A stretch of DNA of 64,000 bases from Eledone cirrhosa (taxonomy: Eukaryota): positions 68,001 to 132,000 of the forward strand of contig CAXHJY010000346.1 of NCBI GenBank assembly GCA_964016885.1, read 5' to 3'. Shown here piece by piece: positions 42,701 to 57,300 of the stretch. The position numbers were made by a program, and so were the translations under genes. The notes beneath the pieces were generated by a model. That model did no database searches, was not told where the DNA came from, and saw nothing but the letters and a program-made list of their open reading frames with translations. Positions within the stretch are counted from its first letter, which is position 1; the number at the start of each line of letters is the position of its first letter.

Positions 42701-45030
42701 GCACACCATTTGCCGGCGGACTTTGCTGACGTTTAACACGGTTTGGTTCCACAGCCACAACTATTGATTTTACGGAGATATCTTGCTGGAATTCACGCCA
42801 CACATAGCCAATGAGTGTCTGCACATGTACCAGTAATTACAGATCGATCCGACCACGGGCGGCCGGCCCGCGATTGAAAAGGTAACTCCGCCGGCAAATC
42901 GTCATTTTTGGATTCGTTTTCTTCGAAGCACACCATTCGCCGGCGGACTTTGTTGACGTTTAACACGGTTTGGTTCCACAGCCACAACTATTGATTTTAC
43001 GGAGATATCTTGCTGAAATTCACGCCACCCATAGCCAATGAGTGTCTGCACATGTACCAGTAATTACAGATCGATCCGACCACGGGCGGCCGGCCCGCGA
43101 TTGAAAAGGTAACTCCGCCGGCAAATCGTCATTTTTGGATTCGTTTTCTTCGAAGCACACCATTCGCCGGCGGACTTTGTTGACGTTTAACACGGTTTGG
43201 TTCCACAGCCACAACTATTGATTTTACGGAGATATCTTGCTGAAATTCACGCCACCCATAGCCAATGAGTGTCTGCACATGTACCAGTAATTACAGATCG
43301 ATCCGACCACGGGCGGCCGGCCCGCGATTGAAAAGGTAACTCCGCCGGCAAATCGTCATTTTTGGATTCGTTTTCTTCGAAGCACACCATTCGCCGGCGG
43401 ACTTTGCTGACGTTTAACACGGTTTGGTTCCACAACCACAACTATTGATTTTACGGAGATATCTTGCTGAAATTCACGCCACACATAGCCAATGAGTGTC
43501 TGCACATGTACCAGTAATTACAGATCGATCCGACCACGGGCGGCCGGCCCGCGATTGAAAAGGTAACTCCGCCGGCAAATCGTCATTTTTGGATTCGTTT
43601 TCTTCGAAGCACACCATTCGCCGGCGGACTTTGCTGACGTTTAACACGGTTTGGTTCCACAACCACAACTATTGATTTTACGGAGATATCTTGCTGAAAT
43701 TCACGCCACACATAGCCAATGAGTGTCTGCACATGTACCAGTAATTACAGATCGATCCGACCACGGGCGGCCGGCCCGCGATTGAAAAGGTAACTCCGCC
43801 GGCAAATCGTCATTTTTGGATTCGTTTTCTTCGAAGCACACCATTCGCCGGCGGACTTTGTTGACGTTTAACACGGTTTGGTTCCACAGCCACAACTATT
43901 GATTTTACGGAGATATCTTGCTGAAATTCACGCCACCCATAGCCAATGAGTGTCTGCACATGTACCAGTAATTACAGATCGATCCGACCACGGGCGGCCG
44001 GCCCGCGATTGAAAAGGTAACTCCGCCGGCAAATCGTCATTTTTGGATTCGTTTTCTTCGAAGCACACCATTCGCCGGCGGACTTTGCTGACGTTTAACA
44101 CGGTTTGGTTCCACAACCACAACTATTGATTTTACGGAGATATCTTGCTGAAATTCACGCCACACATAGCCAATGAGTGTCTGCACATGTACCAGTAATT
44201 ACAGATCGATCCGACCACGGGCGGCCGGCCCGCGATTGAAAAGGTAACTCCGCCGGCAAATCGTCATTTTTGGATTCGTTTTCTTCGAAGCACACCATTC
44301 GCCGGCGGACTTTGCTGACGTTTAACACGGTTTGGTTCCACAACCACAACTATTGATTTTACGGAGATATCTTGCTGAAATTCACGCCACACATAGCCAA
44401 TGAGTGTCTGCACATGTACCAGTAATTACAGATCGATCCGACCACGGGCGGCCGGCCCGCGATTGAAAAGGTAACTCCGCCGGCAAATCGTCATTTTTGG
44501 ATTCGTTTTCTTCGAAGCACACCATTCGCCGGCGGACTTTGTTGACGTTTAACACGGTTTGGTTCCACAGCCACAACTATTGATTTTACGGAGATATCTT
44601 GCTGAAATTCACGCCACCCATAGCCAATGAGTGTCTGCACATGTACCAGTAATTACAGATCGATCCGACCACGGGCGGCCGGCCCGCGATTGAAAAGGTA
44701 ACTCCGCCGGCAAATCGTCATTTTTGGATTCGTTTTCTTCGAAGCACACCATTCGCCGGCGGACTTTGCTGACGTTTAACACGGTTTGGTTCCACAGCCA
44801 CAACTATTGATTTTACGGAGATATCTTGCTGAAATTCACGCCACCCATAGCCAATGAGTGTCTGCACATCTACCAGTAATTACAGATCGATCCGACCACG
44901 GGCGGCCGGGCCGCGATTGAAAAGGTAACTCCGCCGGCAAATCGTCATTTTTGGATTCGTTTTCTTCGAAGCACACCATTCGCCGGCGGACTTTGTTGAC
45001 GTTTAACACGGTTTGGTTCCACAGCCACAA
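33714..45030. repeat. Tandem duplication of a 25-monomer unit (about 5.67 kb) built from two related 12-mers plus one monomer
   Basis: The monomer-type order of 33714-39355 equals that of 39388-45030. The marker monomer (catct+gggcc+gttg) lies at 33714, about 36438, 39161, 39388, 42112 and 44836. Confidence 0.88.
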
Positions 45031-46651
45031 CTATTGATTTTACGGAGATATCTTGCTGAAATTCACGCCACCCATAGCCAATGAGTGTCTGCACATGTAC
45101 CAGTAATTACAGATCGATCCGACCACGGGCGGCCGGCCCGCGATTGGAAAGGTAACTCCGCCGGCAAATCGTCATTTTTGGATTCGTTTTCTTCGAAGCA
45201 CACCATTCGCCGGCGGACTTTGCTGACGTTTAACACGGTTTGGTTCCACAGCCACAACTATTGATTTTACGGAGATATCTTGCTGAAATTCACGCCACAC
45301 ATAGCCAATGAGTGTCTGCACATGTACCAGTAATTACAGATCGATCCGACCACGGGCGGCCGGCCCGCGATTGAAAAGGTAACTCCGCCGGCAAATCGTC
45401 ATTTTTGGATTCGTTTTCTTCGAAGCACACCATTTGCCGGCGGACTTTGCTGACGTTTAACACGGTTTGGTTCCACAGCCACAACTATTGATTTTACGGA
45501 GATATCTTGCTGGAATTCACGCCACACATAGCCAATGAGTGTCTGCACATGTACCAGTAATTACAGATCGATCCGACCACGGGCGGCCGGCCCGCGATTG
45601 AAAAGGTAACTCCGCCGGCAAATCGTCATTTTTGGATTCGTTTTCTTCGAAGCACACCATTCGCCGGCGGACTTTGTTGACGTTTAACACGGTTTGGTTC
45701 CACAGCCACAACTATTGATTTTACGGAGATATCTTGCTGAAATTCACGCCACCCATAGCCAATGAGTGTCTGCACATGTACCAGTAATTACAGATCGATC
45801 CGACCACGGGCGGCCGGCCCGCGATTGAAAAGGTAACTCCGCCGGCAAATCGTCATTTTTGGATTCGTTTTCTTCGAAGCACACCATTCGCCGGCGGACT
45901 TTGCTGACGTTTAACACGGTTTGGTTCCACAACCACAACTATTGATTTTACGGAGATATCTTGCTGAAATTCACGCCACACATAGCCAATGAGTGTCTGC
46001 ACATGTACCAGTAATTACAGATCGATCCGACCACGGGCGGCCGGCCCGCGATTGAAAAGGTAACTCCGCCGGCAAATCGTCATTTTTGGATTCGTTTTCT
46101 TCGAAGCACACCATTCGCCGGCGGACTTTGCTGACGTTTAACACGGTTTGGTTCCACAACCACAACTATTGATTTTACGGAGATATCTTGCTGAAATTCA
46201 CGCCACACATAGCCAATGAGTGTCTGCACATGTACCAGTAATTACAGATCGATCCGACCACGGGCGGCCGGCCCGCGATTGAAAAGGTAACTCCGCCGGC
46301 AAATCGTCATTTTTGGATTCGTTTTCTTCGAAGCACACCATTCGCCGGCGGACTTTGTTGACGTTTAACACGGTTTGGTTCCACAGCCACAACTATTGAT
46401 TTTACGGAGATATCTTGCTGAAATTCACGCCACCCATAGCCAATGAGTGTCTGCACATGTACCAGTAATTACAGATCGATCCGACCACGGGCGGCCGGCC
46501 CGCGATTGAAAAGGTAACTCCGCCGGCAAATCGTCATTTTTGGATTCGTTTTCTTCGAAGCACACCATTCGCCGGCGGACTTTGTTGACGTTTAACACGG
46601 TTTGGTTCCACAGCCACAACTATTGATTTTACGGAGATATCTTGCTGAAAT

Positions 46652-49600
46652 TCACGCCACCCATAGCCAATGAGTGTCTGCACATGTACCAGTAATTACA
46701 GATCGATCCGACCACGGGCGGCCGGCCCGCGATTGAAAAGGTAACTCCGCCGGCAAATCGTCATTTTTGGATTCGTTTTCTTCGAAGCACACCATTCGCC
46801 GGCGGACTTTGCTGACGTTTAACACGGTTTGGTTCCACAACCACAACTATTGATTTTACGGAGATATCTTGCTGAAATTCACGCCACACATAGCCAATGA
46901 GTGTCTGCACATGTACCAGTAATTACAGATCGATCCGACCACGGGCGGCCGGCCCGCGATTGAAAAGGTAACTCCGCCGGCAAATCGTCATTTTTGGATT
47001 CGTTTTCTTCGAAGCACACCATTCGCCGGCGGACTTTGCTGACGTTTAACACGGTTTGGTTCCACAACCACAACTATTGATTTTACGGAGATATCTTGCT
47101 GAAATTCACGCCACACATAGCCAATGAGTGTCTGCACATGTACCAGTAATTACAGATCGATCCGACCACGGGCGGCCGGCCCGCGATTGAAAAGGTAACT
47201 CCGCCGGCAAATCGTCATTTTTGGATTCGTTTTCTTCGAAGCACACCATTCGCCGGCGGACTTTGTTGACGTTTAACACGGTTTGGTTCCACAGCCACAA
47301 CTATTGATTTTACGGAGATATCTTGCTGAAATTCACGCCACCCATAGCCAATGAGTGTCTGCACATGTACCAGTAATTACAGATCGATCCGACCACGGGC
47401 GGCCGGCCCGCGATTGAAAAGGTAACTCCGCCGGCAAATCGTCATTTTTGGATTCGTTTTCTTCGAAGCACACCATTCGCCGGCGGACTTTGCTGACGTT
47501 TAACACGGTTTGGTTCCACAGCCACAACTATTGATTTTACGGAGATATCTTGCTGAAATTCACGCCACACATAGCCAATGAGTGTCTGCACATGTACCAG
47601 TAATTACAGATCGATCCGACCACGGGCGGCCGGCCCGCGATTGAAAAGGTAACTCCGCCGGCAAATCGTCATTTTTGGATTCGTTTTCTTCGAAGCACAC
47701 CATTCGCCGGCGGACTTTGTTGACGTTTAACACGGTTTGGTTCCACAGCCACAACTATTGATTTTACGGAGATATCTTGCTGAAATTCACGCCACCCATA
47801 GCCAATGAGTGTCTGCACATGTACCAGTAATTACAGATCGATCCGACCACGGGCGGCCGGCCCGCGATTGGAAAGGTAACTCCGCCGGCAAATCGTCATT
47901 TTTGGATTCGTTTTCTTCGAAGCACACCATTCGCCGGCGGACTTTGCTGACGTTTAACACGGTTTGGTTCCACAGCCACAACTATTGATTTTACGGAGAT
48001 ATCTTGCTGAAATTCACGCCACACATAGCCAATGAGTGTCTGCACATGTACCAGTAATTACAGATCGATCCGACCACGGGCGGCCGGCCCGCGATTGAAA
48101 AGGTAACTCCGCCGGCAAATCGTCATTTTTGGATTCGTTTTCTTCGAAGCACACCATTTGCCGGCGGACTTTGCTGACGTTTAACACGGTTTGGTTCCAC
48201 AGCCACAACTATTGATTTTACGGAGATATCTTGCTGGAATTCACGCCACACATAGCCAATGAGTGTCTGCACATGTACCAGTAATTACAGATCGATCCGA
48301 CCACGGGCGGCCGGCCCGCGATTGAAAAGGTAACTCCGCCGGCAAATCGTCATTTTTGGATTCGTTTTCTTCGAAGCACACCATTCGCCGGCGGACTTTG
48401 TTGACGTTTAACACGGTTTGGTTCCACAGCCACAACTATTGATTTTACGGAGATATCTTGCTGAAATTCACGCCACCCATAGCCAATGAGTGTCTGCACA
48501 TGTACCAGTAATTACAGATCGATCCGACCACGGGCGGCCGGCCCGCGATTGAAAAGGTAACTCCGCCGGCAAATCGTCATTTTTGGATTCGTTTTCTTCG
48601 AAGCACACCATTCGCCGGCGGACTTTGCTGACGTTTAACACGGTTTGGTTCCACAACCACAACTATTGATTTTACGGAGATATCTTGCTGAAATTCACGC
48701 CACACATAGCCAATGAGTGTCTGCACATGTCCAGTAATTACAGATCGATCCGACCACGGGCGGCCGGCCCGCGATTGAAAAGGTAACTCCGCCGGCAAAT
48801 CGTCATTTTTGGATTCGTTTTCTTCGAAGCACACCATTCGCCGGCGGACTTTGCTGACGTTTAACACGGTTTGGTTCCACAACCACAACTATTGATTTTA
48901 CGGAGATATCTTGCTGAAATTCACGCCACACATAGCCAATGAGTGTCTGCACATGTACCAGTAATTACAGATCGATCCGACCACGGGCGGCCGGCCCGCG
49001 ATTGAAAAGGTAACTCCGCCGGCAAATCGTCATTTTTGGATTCGTTTTCTTCGAAGCACACCATTCGCCGGCGGACTTTGTTGACGTTTAACACGGTTTG
49101 GTTCCACAGCCACAACTATTGATTTTACGGAGATATCTTGCTGAAATTCACGCCACCCATAGCCAATGAGTGTCTGCACATGTACCAGTAATTACAGATC
49201 GATCCGACCACGGGCGGCCGGCCCGCGATTGAAAAGGTAACTCCGCCGGCAAATCGTCATTTTTGGATTCGTTTTCTTCGAAGCACACCATTCGCCGGCG
49301 GACTTTGCTGACGTTTAACACGGTTTGGTTCCACAACCACAACTATTGATTTTACGGAGATATCTTGCTGAAATTCACGCCACACATAGCCAATGAGTGT
49401 CTGCACATGTACCAGTAATTACAGATCGATCCGACCACGGGCGGCCGGCCCGCGATTGAAAAGGTAACTCCGCCGGCAAATCGTCATTTTTGGATTCGTT
49501 TTCTTCGAAGCACACCATTCGCCGGCGGACTTTGCTGACGTTTAACACGGTTTGGTTCCACAACCACAACTATTGATTTTACGGAGATATCTTGCTGAAA

Positions 49601-52600
49601 TTCACGCCACACATAGCCAATGAGTGTCTGCACATGTACCAGTAATTACAGATCGATCCGACCACGGGCGGCCGGCCCGCGATTGAAAAGGTAACTCCGC
49701 CGGCAAATCGTCATTTTTGGATTCGTTTTCTTCGAAGCACACCATTCGCCGGCGGACTTTGCTGACGTTTAACACGGTTTGGTTCCACAGCCACAACTAT
49801 TGATTTTACGGAGATATCTTGCTGAAATTCACGCCACCCATAGCCAATGAGTGTCTGCACATGCTACCAGTAATTACAGATCGATCCGACCACGGGCGGC
49901 CGGCCCGCGATTGAAAAGGTAACTCCGCCGGCAAATCGTCATTTTTGGATTCGTTTTCTTCGAAGCACACCATTCGCCGGCGGACTTTGCTGACGTTTAA
50001 CACGGTTTGGTTCCACAACCACAACTATTGATTTTACGGAGATATCTTGCTGAAATTCACGCCACACATAGCCAATGAGTGTCTGCACATGTACCAGTAA
50101 TTACAGATCGATCCGACCACGGGCGGCCGGCCCGCGATTGAAAAGGTAACTCCGCCGGCAAATCGTCATTTTTGGATTCGTTTTCTTCGAAGCACACCAT
50201 TCGCCGGCGGACTTTGCTGACGTTTAACACGGTTTGGTTCCACAACCACAACTATTGATTTTACGGAGATATCTTGCTGAAATTCACGCCACACATAGCC
50301 AATGAGTGTCTGCACATGTACCAGTAATTACAGATCGATCCGACCACGGGCGGCCGGCCCGCGATTGAAAAGGTAACTCCGCCGGCAAATCGTCATTTTT
50401 GGATTCGTTTTCTTCGAAGCACACCATTCGCCGGCGGACTTTGTTGACGTTTAACACGGTTTGGTTCCACAGCCACAACTATTGATTTTACGGAGATATC
50501 TTGCTGAAATTCACGCCACCCATAGCCAATGAGTGTCTGCACATGTACCAGTAATTACAGATCGATCCGACCACGGGCGGCCGGCCCGCGATTGAAAAGG
50601 TAACTCCGCCGGCAAATCGTCATTTTTGGATTCGTTTTCTTCGAAGCACACCATTCGCCGGCGGACTTTGCTGACGTTTAACACGGTTTGGTTCCACAGC
50701 CACAACTATTGATTTTACGGAGATATCTTGCTGAAATTCACGCCACACATAGCCAATGAGTGTCTGCACATGTACCAGTAATTACAGATCGATCCGACCA
50801 CGGGCGGCCGGCCCGCGATTGAAAAGGTAACTCCGCCGGCAAATCGTCATTTTTGGATTCGTTTTCTTCGAAGCACACCATTCGCCGGCGGACTTTGTTG
50901 ACGTTTAACACGGTTTGGTTCCACAGCCACAACTATTGATTTTACGGAGATATCTTGCTGAAATTCACGCCACCCATAGCCAATGAGTGTCTGCACATGT
51001 ACCAGTAATTACAGATCGATCCGACCACGGGCGGCCGGCCCGCGATTGGAAAGGTAACTCCGCCGGCAAATCGTCATTTTTGGATTCGTTTTCTTCGAAG
51101 CACACCATTCGCCGGCGGACTTTGCTGACGTTTAACACGGTTTGGTTCCACAGCCACAACTATTGATTTTACGGAGATATCTTGCTGAAATTCACGCCAC
51201 ACATAGCCAATGAGTGTCTGCACATGTACCAGTAATTACAGATCGATCCGACCACGGGCGGCCGGCCCGCGATTGAAAAGGTAACTCCGCCGGCAAATCG
51301 TCATTTTTGGATTCGTTTTCTTCGAAGCACACCATTTGCCGGCGGACTTTGCTGACGTTTAACACGGTTTGGTTCCACAGCCACAACTATTGATTTTACG
51401 GAGATATCTTGCTGGAATTCACGCCACACATAGCCAATGAGTGTCTGCACATGTACCAGTAATTACAGATCGATCCGACCACGGGCGGCCGGCCCGCGAT
51501 TGAAAAGGTAACTCCGCCGGCAAATCGTCATTTTTGGATTCGTTTTCTTCGAAGCACACCATTCGCCGGCGGACTTTGTTGACGTTTAACACGGTTTGGT
51601 TCCACAGCCACAACTATTGATTTTACGGAGATATCTTGCTGAAATTCACGCCACCCATAGCCAATGAGTGTCTGCACATGTACCAGTAATTACAGATCGA
51701 TCCGACCACGGGCGGCCGGCCCGCGATTGAAAAGGTAACTCCGCCGGCAAATCGTCATTTTTGGATTCGTTTTCTTCGAAGCACACCATTCGCCGGCGGA
51801 CTTTGCTGACGTTTAACACGGTTTGGTTCCACAACCACAACTATTGATTTTACGGAGATATCTTGCTGAAATTCACGCCACACATAGCCAATGAGTGTCT
51901 GCACATGTACCAGTAATTACAGATCGATCCGACCACGGGCGGCCGGCCCGCGATTGAAAAGGTAACTCCGCCGGCAAATCGTCATTTTTGGATTCGTTTT
52001 CTTCGAAGCACACCATTCGCCGGCGGACTTTGCTGACGTTTAACACGGTTTGGTTCCACAACCACAACTATTGATTTTACGGAGATATCTTGCTGAAATT
52101 CACGCCACACATAGCCAATGAGTGTCTGCACATGTACCAGTAATTACAGATCGATCCGACCACGGGCGGCCGGCCCGCGATTGAAAAGGTAACTCCGCCG
52201 GCAAATCGTCATTTTTGGATTCGTTTTCTTCGAAGCACACCATTCGCCGGCGGACTTTGTTGACGTTTAACACGGTTTGGTTCCACAGCCACAACTATTG
52301 ATTTTACGGAGATATCTTGCTGAAATTCACGCCACCCATAGCCAATGAGTGTCTGCACATGTACCAGTAATTACAGATCGATCCGACCACGGGCGGCCGG
52401 CCCGCGATTGAAAAGGTAACTCCGCCGGCAAATCGTCATTTTTGGATTCGTTTTCTTCGAAGCACACCATTCGCCGGCGGACTTTGCTGACGTTTAACAC
52501 GGTTTGGTTCCACAACCACAACTATTGATTTTACGGAGATATCTTGCTGAAATTCACGCCACACATAGCCAATGAGTGTCTGCACATGTACCAGTAATTA

Positions 52601-52975
52601 CAGATCGATCCGACCACGGGCGGCCGGCCCGCGATTGAAAAGGTAACTCCGCCGGCAAATCGTCATTTTTGGATTCGTTTTCTTCGAAGCACACCATTCG
52701 CCGGCGGACTTTGCTGACGTTTAACACGGTTTGGTTCCACAACCACAACTATTGATTTTACGGAGATATCTTGCTGAAATTCACGCCACACATAGCCAAT
52801 GAGTGTCTGCACATGTACCAGTAATTACAGATCGATCCGACCACGGGCGGCCGGCCCGCGATTGAAAAGGTAACTCCGCCGGCAAATCGTCATTTTTGGA
52901 TTCGTTTTCTTCGAAGCACACCATTCGCCGGCGGACTTTGCTGACGTTTAACACGGTTTGGTTCCACAGCCACAA
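46652..52975. repeat. Tandem duplication of a 14-monomer unit (3178 bp)
   Basis: The variant order of 46652-49796 repeats at about 49829-52975. The attgg/atttg pair lies at 47787/48014 and 50965/51192. Confidence 0.8.
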
Positions 52976-54369
52976 CTATTGATTTTACGGAGATATCTTG
53001 CTGAAATTCACGCCACCCATAGCCAATGAGTGTCTGCACATCTACCAGTAATTACAGATCGATCCGACCACGGGCGGCCGGCCCGCGATTGAAAAGGTAA
53101 CTCCGCCGGCAAATCGTCATTTTTGGATTCGTTTTCTTCGAAGCACACCATTCGCCGGCGGACTTTGCTGACGTTTAACACGGTTTGGTTCCACAGCCAC
53201 AACTATTGATTTTACGGAGATATCTTGCTGAAATTCACGCCACACATAGCCAATGAGTGTCTGCACATGTACCAGTAATTACAGATCGATCCGACCACGG
53301 GCGGCCGGCCCGCGATTGAAAAGGTAACTCCGCCGGCAAATCGTCATTTTTGGATTCGTTTTCTTCGAAGCACACCATTCGCCGGCGGACTTTGTTGACG
53401 TTTAACACGGTTTGGTTCCACAGCCACAACTATTGATTTTACGGAGATATCTTGCTGAAATTCACGCCACCCATAGCCAATGAGTGTCTGCACATGTACC
53501 AGTAATTACAGATCGATCCGACCACGGGCGGCCGGCCCGCGATTGGAAAGGTAACTCCGCCGGCAAATCGTCATTTTTGGATTCGTTTTCTTCGAAGCAC
53601 ACCATTCGCCGGCGGACTTTGCTGACGTTTAACACGGTTTGGTTCCACAGCCACAACTATTGATTTTACGGAGATATCTTGCTGAAATTCACGCCACACA
53701 TAGCCAATGAGTGTCTGCACATGTACCAGTAATTACAGATCGATCCGACCACGGGCGGCCGGCCCGCGATTGAAAAGGTAACTCCGCCGGCAAATCGTCA
53801 TTTTTGGATTCGTTTTCTTCGAAGCACACCATTTGCCGGCGGACTTTGCTGACGTTTAACACGGTTTGGTTCCACAGCCACAACTATTGATTTTACGGAG
53901 ATATCTTGCTGGAATTCACGCCACACATAGCCAATGAGTGTCTGCACATGTACCAGTAATTACAGATCGATCCGACCACGGGCGGCCGGCCCGCGATTGA
54001 AAAGGTAACTCCGCCGGCAAATCGTCATTTTTGGATTCGTTTTCTTCGAAGCACACCATTCGCCGGCGGACTTTGTTGACGTTTAACACGGTTTGGTTCC
54101 ACAGCCACAACTATTGATTTTACGGAGATATCTTGCTGAAATTCACGCCACCCATAGCCAATGAGTGTCTGCACATGTACCAGTAATTACAGATCGATCC
54201 GACCACGGGCGGCCGGCCCGCGATTGAAAAGGTAACTCCGCCGGCAAATCGTCATTTTTGGATTCGTTTTCTTCGAAGCACACCATTCGCCGGCGGACTT
54301 TGCTGACGTTTAACACGGTTTGGTTCCACAACCACAACTATTGATTTTACGGAGATATCTTGCTGAAAT

Positions 54370-57300
54370 TCACGCCACACATAGCCAATGAGTGTCTGCA
54401 CATGTACCAGTAATTACAGATCGATCCGACCACGGGCGGCCGGCCCGCGATTGAAAAGGTAACTCCGCCGGCAAATCGTCATTTTTGGATTCGTTTTCTT
54501 CGAAGCACACCATTCGCCGGCGGACTTTGTTGACGTTTAACACGGTTTGGTTCCACAGCCACAACTATTGATTTTACGGAGATATCTTGCTGAAATTCAC
54601 GCCACCCATAGCCAATGAGTGTCTGCACATGTACCAGTAATTACAGATCGATCCGACCACGGGCGGCCGGCCCGCGATTGAAAAGGTAACTCCGCCGGCA
54701 AATCGTCATTTTTGGATTCGTTTTCTTCGAAGCACACCATTCGCCGGCGGACTTTGCTGACGTTTAACACGGTTTGGTTCCACAACCACAACTATTGATT
54801 TTACGGAGATATCTTGCTGAAATTCACGCCACACATAGCCAATGAGTGTCTGCACATGTACCAGTAATTACAGATCGATCCGACCACGGGCGGCCGGCCC
54901 GCGATTGAAAAGGTAACTCCGCCGGCAAATCGTCATTTTTGGATTCGTTTTCTTCGAAGCACACCATTCGCCGGCGGACTTTGCTGACGTTTAACACGGT
55001 TTGGTTCCACAACCACAACTATTGATTTTACGGAGATATCTTGCTGAAATTCACGCCACACATAGCCAATGAGTGTCTGCACATGTACCAGTAATTACAG
55101 ATCGATCCGACCACGGGCGGCCGGCCCGCGATTGAAAAGGTAACTCCGCCGGCAAATCGTCATTTTTGGATTCGTTTTCTTCGAAGCACACCATTCGCCG
55201 GCGGACTTTGTTGACGTTTAACACGGTTTGGTTCCACAGCCACAACTATTGATTTTACGGAGATATCTTGCTGAAATTCACGCCACCCATAGCCAATGAG
55301 TGTCTGCACATGTACCAGTAATTACAGATCGATCCGACCACGGGCGGCCGGCCCGCGATTGAAAAGGTAACTCCGCCGGCAAATCGTCATTTTTGGATTC
55401 GTTTTCTTCGAAGCACACCATTCGCCGGCGGACTTTGCTGACGTTTAACACGGTTTGGTTCCACAGCCACAACTATTGATTTTACGGAGATATCTTGCTG
55501 AAATTCACGCCACACATAGCCAATGAGTGTCTGCACATGTACCAGTAATTACAGATCGATCCGACCACGGGCGGCCGGCCCGCGATTGAAAAGGTAACTC
55601 CGCCGGCAAATCGTCATTTTTGGATTCGTTTTCTTCGAAGCACACCATTCGCCGGCGGACTTTGTTGACGTTTAACACGGTTTGGTTCCACAGCCACAAC
55701 TATTGATTTTACGGAGATATCTTGCTGAAATTCACGCCACCCATAGCCAATGAGTGTCTGCACATGTACCAGTAATTACAGATCGATCCGACCACGGGCG
55801 GCCGGCCCGCGATTGGAAAGGTAACTCCGCCGGCAAATCGTCATTTTTGGATTCGTTTTCTTCGAAGCACACCATTCGCCGGCGGACTTTGCTGACGTTT
55901 AACACGGTTTGGTTCCACAGCCACAACTATTGATTTTACGGAGATATCTTGCTGAAATTCACGCCACACATAGCCAATGAGTGTCTGCACATCTACCAGT
56001 AATTACAGATCGATCCGACCACGGGCGGCCGGCCCGCGATTGAAAAGGTAACTCCGCCGGCAAATCGTCATTTTTGGATTCGTTTTCTTCGAAGCACACC
56101 ATTTGCCGGCGGACTTTGCTGACGTTTAACACGGTTTGGTTCCACAGCCACAACTATTGATTTTACGGAGATATCTTGCTGGAATTCACGCCACACATAG
56201 CCAATGAGTGTCTGCACATGTACCAGTAATTACAGATCGATCCGACCACGGGCGGCCGGCCCGCGATTGAAAAGGTAACTCCGCCGGCAAATCGTCATTT
56301 TTGGATTCGTTTTCTTCGAAGCACACCATTCGCCGGCGGACTTTGTTGACGTTTAACACGGTTTGGTTCCACAGCCACAACTATTGATTTTACGGAGATA
56401 TCTTGCTGAAATTCACGCCACCCATAGCCAATGAGTGTCTGCACATGTACCAGTAATTACAGATCGATCCGACCACGGGCGGCCGGCCCGCGATTGAAAA
56501 GGTAACTCCGCCGGCAAATCGTCATTTTTGGATTCGTTTTCTTCGAAGCACACCATTCGCCGGCGGACTTTGCTGACGTTTAACACGGTTTGGTTCCACA
56601 ACCACAACTATTGATTTTACGGAGATATCTTGCTGAAATTCACGCCACACATAGCCAATGAGTGTCTGCACATGTACCAGTAATTACAGATCGATCCGAC
56701 CACGGGCGGCCGGCCCGCGATTGAAAAGGTAACTCCGCCGGCAAATCGTCATTTTTGGATTCGTTTTCTTCGAAGCACACCATTCGCCGGCGGACTTTGC
56801 TGACGTTTAACACGGTTTGGTTCCACAACCACAACTATTGATTTTACGGAGATATCTTGCTGAAATTCACGCCACACATAGCCAATGAGTGTCTGCACAT
56901 GTACCAGTAATTACAGATCGATCCGACCACGGGCGGCCGGCCCGCGATTGAAAAGGTAACTCCGCCGGCAAATCGTCATTTTTGGATTCGTTTTCTTCGA
57001 AGCACACCATTCGCCGGCGGACTTTGTTGACGTTTAACACGGTTTGGTTCCACAGCCACAACTATTGATTTTACGGAGATATCTTGCTGAAATTCACGCC
57101 ACCCATAGCCAATGAGTGTCTGCACATGTACCAGTAATTACAGATCGATCCGACCACGGGCGGCCGGCCCGCGATTGAAAAGGTAACTCCGCCGGCAAAT
57201 CGTCATTTTTGGATTCGTTTTCTTCGAAGCACACCATTCGCCGGCGGACTTTGCTGACGTTTAACACGGTTTGGTTCCACAACCACAACTATTGATTTTA

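Noticed and set aside
48577-50024. Longer 103-aa and 72-aa ORFs
   Set aside because: Frameshift read-throughs caused by single indels at 48731 and 49864.
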